DNA of 64,000 nucleotides from a bacterium (GTDB lineage Bacteria > Patescibacteriota > Minisyncoccia > Phycocordibacterales > JAKAEA01). The notes under the pieces were generated by a model that was not told the origin of the DNA, made no database searches, and saw only the letters and a list, made by a program, of their open reading frames with translations. Shown in pieces: positions 59,882 through 64,000 of this stretch (its first letter is position 1; each line of letters opens with the position of its first letter). The stretch lies in the NCBI GenBank assembly GCA_021785065.1, contig JAJYGQ010000003.1, forward strand, positions 2,470 through 66,469. The letters are read 5' to 3'. Made by a program: the position numbers and the translations under genes.

Positions 59882-60013
59882 GGCAATAACAGCAATTAAT
59901 CCAGCCAATGATTCTAAATATTCTTGGGCAGTCTCATCCGAAAGCTCCAAGCCGTAATACTTTTTGAAGTAGGCTTTGCACCTCTCTATGAGCAGTTGAT
60001 TTACAGTCCGCAT
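59822..60013 (-). CDS. Small protein upstream of rep (possible regulator/directionality factor)
   Basis: 63 aa, YFKKYYGLELSDETAQEYLESLA; co-oriented with rep and integrase. Confidence 0.6.
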   Translation of the reverse strand: MRTVNQLLIERCKAYFKKYYGLELSDETAQEYLESLAGLIAVIAESGQSPPRHFSGGGDDPAV

Positions 60014-60107
60014 TTCGCTAGAATAAACGGACTGTTTGGCAGAATTTCTCGCTCTCGGTACCCAACTGGCTAACTGAAGCCAAAAATTTCATAGAATTTT
60101 TAATAAA

Positions 60108-61052
60108 ATGCCCACTATTAAGCGGGAGTATGGAAAACTCAAAGCAAAACCAACCTTTTTCAAGAAAGGAACTGTCGTCTATTCAAATTCCGGCCACGCA
60201 TTACACCTTTCCAATGGCTACTATCGTTGCAGTCTAAATTGCAGAAAAGAGCTTGGCAGCAAAGAAAGCCAAGTTGAACAGGAGCGTCTGCACCGAGATT
60301 TTTCTCGAATAGCTAAACGTTTCGCGATTGGTGAGGACGATGTCAACGCTGTCTTGCGCCAATTGATGCAGAGGTATTTTGTGAATACGTTGTTTGATAT
60401 TGACGAAAAGACCGATAGCAAAGGAAGAATAATTAACGCCAATATCGTCAAAATGAAGGCTGATATTAAACGGGGTGAATTTGTCAAAAGAGACGTGACT
60501 GATTCTTTTGATCGATTCATGGAAATCAGTAAAGACGAATATCCATTTATCATGTTCTGTTACGCTTTTGGTGTTATTGGATCATTGTCGGCATTGCATG
60601 GGGAGCGTGAGATTGGGCAAGTCTTGGCCGCGATTACCAAACACGTCTATATATCAGATATTGGAATTGTAGAGAAAATTGAATTTGAACCATGGGGCTG
60701 GTACATCTTGAATTTCATGGAAAAACAGGTGCCGAACTATTTATGGAGTCTTAAAAAACATGGGGTAGATATCACCAATGACCACACCGATCAATTTTTG
60801 AAAAAAGATTTTTCGGCGGCAATCGCGTATTTTGAATCCGAAGGTTTTGAAGAAGCACTCCACAATGATATGACCCAAGTTCTCTACAAACTTTTTTCGT
60901 TGATGAGAGATTCAATACGAGTACTTTTAAAAGGCGATACAGCATCAATGCAAAAAGCCTACACGGATTTGGTTGAACGATTTAAGAAAGATCCAGTATT
61001 CAAAATGGCAATGATGTTGCCGGCATTAGGAAGTGGAAAGATCAAACTTTAA
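60108..61052 (+). CDS. Hypothetical protein
   Basis: 314-aa ORF; N-terminal YYRCSLNC weakly recalls a recombinase Zn ribbon. Confidence 0.6.
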   Translation: MPTIKREYGKLKAKPTFFKKGTVVYSNSGHALHLSNGYYRCSLNCRKELGSKESQVEQERLHRDFSRIAKRFAIGEDDVNAVLRQLMQRYFVNTLFDIDEKTDSKGRIINANIVKMKADIKRGEFVKRDVTDSFDRFMEISKDEYPFIMFCYAFGVIGSLSALHGEREIGQVLAAITKHVYISDIGIVEKIEFEPWGWYILNFMEKQVPNYLWSLKKHGVDITNDHTDQFLKKDFSAAIAYFESEGFEEALHNDMTQVLYKLFSLMRDSIRVLLKGDTASMQKAYTDLVERFKKDPVFKMAMMLPALGSGKIKL

Positions 61053-61053
61053 C

Positions 61054-61429
61054 AGAAATACCGTTCCGGCCGCTTAAGCCGGGCAGGTTCTCACACCGCC
61101 CGTGGGGTTTGCGGCTTCTTATTTTCGGGCACAATGGCGCGTCCTTGGCGCAGCATCGTAGTGAAGCACAAACGCTTACACCATAGAGCTTTCTAGCGCT
61201 ATGGAGATTTCCTCTCTTTTGGGAAAGGAAATAGTAGAAGCCAGAAAGTCCTATGGGCTGGCTTCACTACCATACTGCGCCGGTCGCGACAAACATTAAA
61301 GGAAATAGTAGAAGCCAGAAAGTCCTATGGGCTGGCTTCACTACCATACTGCGCCGGTCGCGACAAACATTAGTGGCTTGAAGCCCGAAACCTCCACGGG
61401 CTTACGAGAGCGGCCGGAACCGTATTTCT
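61054..61429. repeat. Long imperfect inverted repeat (rod-like), candidate single-strand origin
   Basis: 21-bp termini with one mismatch and nested complementary blocks throughout. Confidence 0.8.
61224..61371. repeat. Perfect 74-bp tandem duplication
   Basis: 61224-61297 identical to 61298-61371. Confidence 0.95.
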
Positions 61430-61466
61430 TGAGAGAATATTTTGTGATATTCTATTAAAAATAAAC

Positions 61467-62009
61467 ATGGATTTTTATATCATTTTTGCCGGTATTATTG
61501 AACAGGGTTTTGCCAATAAACTTGTTGTAGCAATAAATAGGGCAGCCACTCTTAAAGTAAGAAAAATATTTATTTTTTTCTCATCTTTAGGCGGGAACAT
61601 TCAAGAAGGATTCACTATCGCGTCAGTTATCCAAAATTCCACAATTCCAATATCAATCCACGCTAATAACAATATTGATTCAATCGCTAATGTAATATAC
61701 TTATCAGCAAAAGAAAGGACCGCGGAATCTTACGCAAAATTTTATCTTCATGGCGCAACAGGTCCTCAAGTTGCATACGATGAAAAAGGTTTGAAAGAAC
61801 AACTTTTGGCAGTTAAAACAGAAAATACACGCATAGCACAGTTTGTATCTGAAAATTCGAATCTAAATTTCAAAAAAGTCCAAGCCATGATGCGGGCAGG
61901 AACAACGATGACTACCCAACAGGCGTTGCAGTATGGGATAGTTAAAGAAATCATCCACAAAGAAGTACCGATTGACGCGGTCAAGGAAGAGATTTTAATT
62001 GTTAATTAA
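61467..62009 (+). CDS. ClpP-like peptidase
   Basis: FSSLGGNIQEG, IDSIANVIYLS (nucleophile Ser), FYLHG, QALQYGIV. Confidence 0.75.
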   Translation: MDFYIIFAGIIEQGFANKLVVAINRAATLKVRKIFIFFSSLGGNIQEGFTIASVIQNSTIPISIHANNNIDSIANVIYLSAKERTAESYAKFYLHGATGPQVAYDEKGLKEQLLAVKTENTRIAQFVSENSNLNFKKVQAMMRAGTTMTTQQALQYGIVKEIIHKEVPIDAVKEEILIVN

Positions 62010-62011
62010 TT

Positions 62012-62245
62012 ATGAAAAATACAACAATGGAATATGTAAAAAAAATAGTTGAGGAATCATTAAAAAATATGGGTTGTACTGACGTGGCATTCCCTGACCC
62101 TAAAGAAGATCTTGTTATAGCCGTTTTTAACTGCAAAGAAATTACAAGTTTTGTTACTGAAATACCAGGATGGACACATTCGGGTATTCATTTAGATCCA
62201 ACTCACGAACATCAATACAAAATTGACTTTAAAAGATTAAGCTAA
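62012..62245 (+). CDS. Hypothetical small protein
   Basis: 77-aa ORF starting 2 nt after the ClpP-like gene. Confidence 0.55.
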   Translation: MKNTTMEYVKKIVEESLKNMGCTDVAFPDPKEDLVIAVFNCKEITSFVTEIPGWTHSGIHLDPTHEHQYKIDFKRLS

Positions 62246-62337
62246 TATTGTTTAGGTATATTATTCGCAAAATGGGAATAATGAAAATGACGCAACAAAT
62301 TAAAAATTAAATCAGATTAATCTTCTAAAAACTTTTT

Positions 62338-62766
62338 ATGGAAAACGATCGAGAAATTATATATGGTATGGAAGGTAAAAAAGTGAAGGGATTGCCTCTG
62401 GATGACTTGGAAAAATTAATGCGCGAATGGCAGAAGAAACTTCTCATGGACAACTGGAAGCTCGATTTAAAGATTGTCGATTTTAAAAGGAAAAATAATT
62501 ACCGTCAAAGTGGCGATTTCATAGCCGATCCTGACAAGAAAAACGCTTCTATCTTGATGACTTGGGATCCGTGGCGCGGCGATGAAGAGTACACGCTTGT
62601 TCACGAAATGTTGCACGTCTTGGTATATGACTATGATAAATACAGCGAGGGTTTAATTCTTGGTCATTATAAAAAATTCGAAGGTGAACACGATGTGTAC
62701 ATGGATAAATTAGAAAATCTAGTTCATCATTTGACCAGGATGTTGCTCGGGCGGTCAGACAGGTAG
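62338..62766 (+). CDS. Small HEXXH zincin-like protein
   Basis: WQKKL.M.NW, TLVHEMLH, downstream E in KLENLV. Confidence 0.65.
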   Translation: MENDREIIYGMEGKKVKGLPLDDLEKLMREWQKKLLMDNWKLDLKIVDFKRKNNYRQSGDFIADPDKKNASILMTWDPWRGDEEYTLVHEMLHVLVYDYDKYSEGLILGHYKKFEGEHDVYMDKLENLVHHLTRMLLGRSDR

Positions 62767-62804
62767 TTTCTTAATTTTGTTAATCAAAAATAAAAATAAC
62801 AAAT

Positions 62805-62840
62805 AAAAAAGCCCAGGATTCATGACGAGTCCGGGGCTTT
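62805..62840 (-). terminator. Intrinsic terminator closing the rSAM-peptide unit
   Basis: Minus strand GCCCCGGACTCGTCATGAATCCTGGGC-TTTTTT, imperfect stem. Confidence 0.7.
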
Positions 62841-62867
62841 GGCGCTGATAGCTTATACCTACCGGCA

Positions 62868-62948
62868 TTAGCTACCTCGACAGCATGGCGAGAACGCTGA
62901 TCGGGGCGTGCTGGCTTTTGTTGCCTGCGCCGTTTTGATGCGCTTCAT
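62868..62948 (-). CDS. Putative RiPP precursor peptide MKRIKTAQATKASTPRSAFSPCCRGS (26 aa; absent from ORF track)
   Basis: Hand-translated; AAGGAGGT 4 nt before ATG; 60 nt downstream of the rSAM gene; followed by a terminator. Confidence 0.75.
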   Translation of the reverse strand: MKRIKTAQATKASTPRSAFSPCCRGS

Positions 62949-63008
62949 GGCTACCTCCTTTCTACGCTGATAAGCGCAAATCAATTGTAACGAACTAATG
63001 AGACTATG

Positions 63009-64000
63009 TCAATGGCTGCTAGCCGAACGAATGTTTTCTTCGTTTAAGACGAGAACCTCCAAAAATTCCGGCAAGTCGTGTTTCCAATCCAAGCAATAGT
63101 CGCAACCAGGCTTGTGATAGCGCTTCATGTTGCATCCGCCCATACATATTGGGAGCATGGGGCAGTCACGACATTCCGAGAATTGGAGAGGGTCTTTTTT
63201 GACCCACAAATCATTCGGCACAGTGTCGAGGTGGATTGTCCCATCGCTGCCCAAACGGCCAACTGACCCAGTCTCAAACATCTGACCGCAACGATACAGA
63301 TTGCCGTTAAGGTCGGTGATGAAGCGATTGGGATATTCTCCAACACAAAACCCAAGTGCTCTCATCTTTTCAGTCGGAGGAAGAACTACCCAACCGTCTT
63401 TCGCCGCCCTCTTGTAGATTGCTAACGCTCTGTGAGCAAAATCATATCCTGACAGGCAGTGTGATTCGCAAGGATTAGCTGGCGAAGACACTACTGCCTG
63501 AACATTGACCTCGATCTTGTTCTTGAGACCATGCTCAGCAAGTAGTGTATAGAGTTCTGGAATCTGATCCACATTTCTGGTTGTCGTGTTTACCCGGATT
63601 GAGACCTTGAGTCCCGAGGCCACGGCGTTCTTGATGTTTTTTAATATGGTCCAGAAGGTCGGGCCGCCTCCTTTAAGTGGCCGGCATGCGTCATGAATAT
63701 CTGGAGGGCCATCAAGGGTGATGGTGAGAACAGATAAGGGTGTTGTAGCAAGGTAGGTCACCACCTCTTCACTCAGGTGATAACCATTAGTAGTGATGGA
63801 ATGACAATATTCCACCTCCGACTGTTTTGCTAAGATCGTGAATTTGTCATTCATGGCGCACAGAGCGTCGAATGAAAGAAGCGGCTCACCACCAAACCAG
63901 TCCACCTCGACCCTTTTTGCCTTCTCGCAAATCTTGCGAAACATTGCCAGAACCTTATCCGACTCTTGCGGCGATAAATACTCGTTTCTGTGCTCCTCAA
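63009..64000 (-). CDS. Radical SAM/SPASM domain protein (5' partial)
   Basis: WFGGEPLL, ITTNG, ITLDG...HD..R, SPASM C..DLNGNLYRC..ECRDCPMLPICMGGC..C; frame open to the window edge (..EEHRNEYLS); the CxxxCxxC motif is expected just outside. Confidence 0.9.
   Translation of the reverse strand, partial: EEHRNEYLSPQESDKVLAMFRKICEKAKRVEVDWFGGEPLLSFDALCAMNDKFTILAKQSEVEYCHSITTNGYHLSEEVVTYLATTPLSVLTITLDGPPDIHDACRPLKGGGPTFWTILKNIKNAVASGLKVSIRVNTTTRNVDQIPELYTLLAEHGLKNKIEVNVQAVVSSPANPCESHCLSGYDFAHRALAIYKRAAKDGWVVLPPTEKMRALGFCVGEYPNRFITDLNGNLYRCGQMFETGSVGRLGSDGTIHLDTVPNDLWVKKDPLQFSECRDCPMLPICMGGCNMKRYHKPGCDYCLDWKHDLPEFLEVLVLNEENIRSASSH

Larger units (their letters stand above)
57488..64000. mobile_element. 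Integrative element at tRNA-Ile with serine integrase and rolling-circle replication module (right end not seen in window)
   Basis: Integrase reads into the tRNA 3' half; adjacent rep, nick site, long palindrome and accessory genes. Confidence 0.75.

Noticed and set aside
59276-59957. Alternative-frame ORFs over rep (59281-59745, 59276-59533, 59769-59957)
   Set aside because: They overlap a motif-bearing rep or the origin hairpin and show no recognisable features
60108-60330. ORF 60108 as a second recombinase
   Set aside because: Only a faint Zn-ribbon-like stretch; no catalytic serine-recombinase domain
61224-61371. 74-bp direct repeat as a CRISPR array
   Set aside because: Two abutting copies with no spacer, too long for a CRISPR repeat, and no cas genes in the window
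62338-62766. HEXXH protein as an alpha-KG-dependent RiPP tailoring enzyme
   Set aside because: Only 142 aa, on the opposite strand and separated by a terminator; better explained as a minimal zincin

Overview
Chromosomal segment of a Patescibacteria/CPR bacterium, most likely Parcubacteria. The assignment is inferred from gene content, no rplA after rplK, a non-PGKG EF-P and insertion-rich, unlinked rRNA genes; genetic code is 11. Positions ~1-57,500 are mostly housekeeping: a thiol-redox/envelope cluster, secE-nusG-rplK, a complete dCTP-to-dTDP thymidylate cluster, argS, ileS (with an inserted histidine-phosphatase domain), glyQS, metG, rpsF-ssb-rpsR, efp, recA, ftsK, an S-layer-like gene behind a long structured leader, rplJL, rodA and secDF. 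23S-5S and 16S are separate transcription units in reversed order. The 23S carries a GIY-YIG-coding stem-loop insertion and two group I introns (one with a LAGLIDADG ORF). The 16S has a hairpin insertion and no anti-Shine-Dalgarno tail. From tRNA-Ile (57,459) to the window end lies an integrative element: large serine recombinase, HUH rolling-circle Rep with a recognisable nick site and hairpin, a ~375-nt rod-like inverted-repeat element, and cargo. The cargo includes an unannotated 26-aa Cys-Cys peptide gene next to a radical SAM/SPASM enzyme (candidate new RiPP system). A second strong candidate for an undescribed system is a wHTH gene beside ftsK whose upstream region and coding sequence both carry an iteron-like ATAAARGACA array. 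All calls come from reading the sequence and recognising motifs; no database searches were run.
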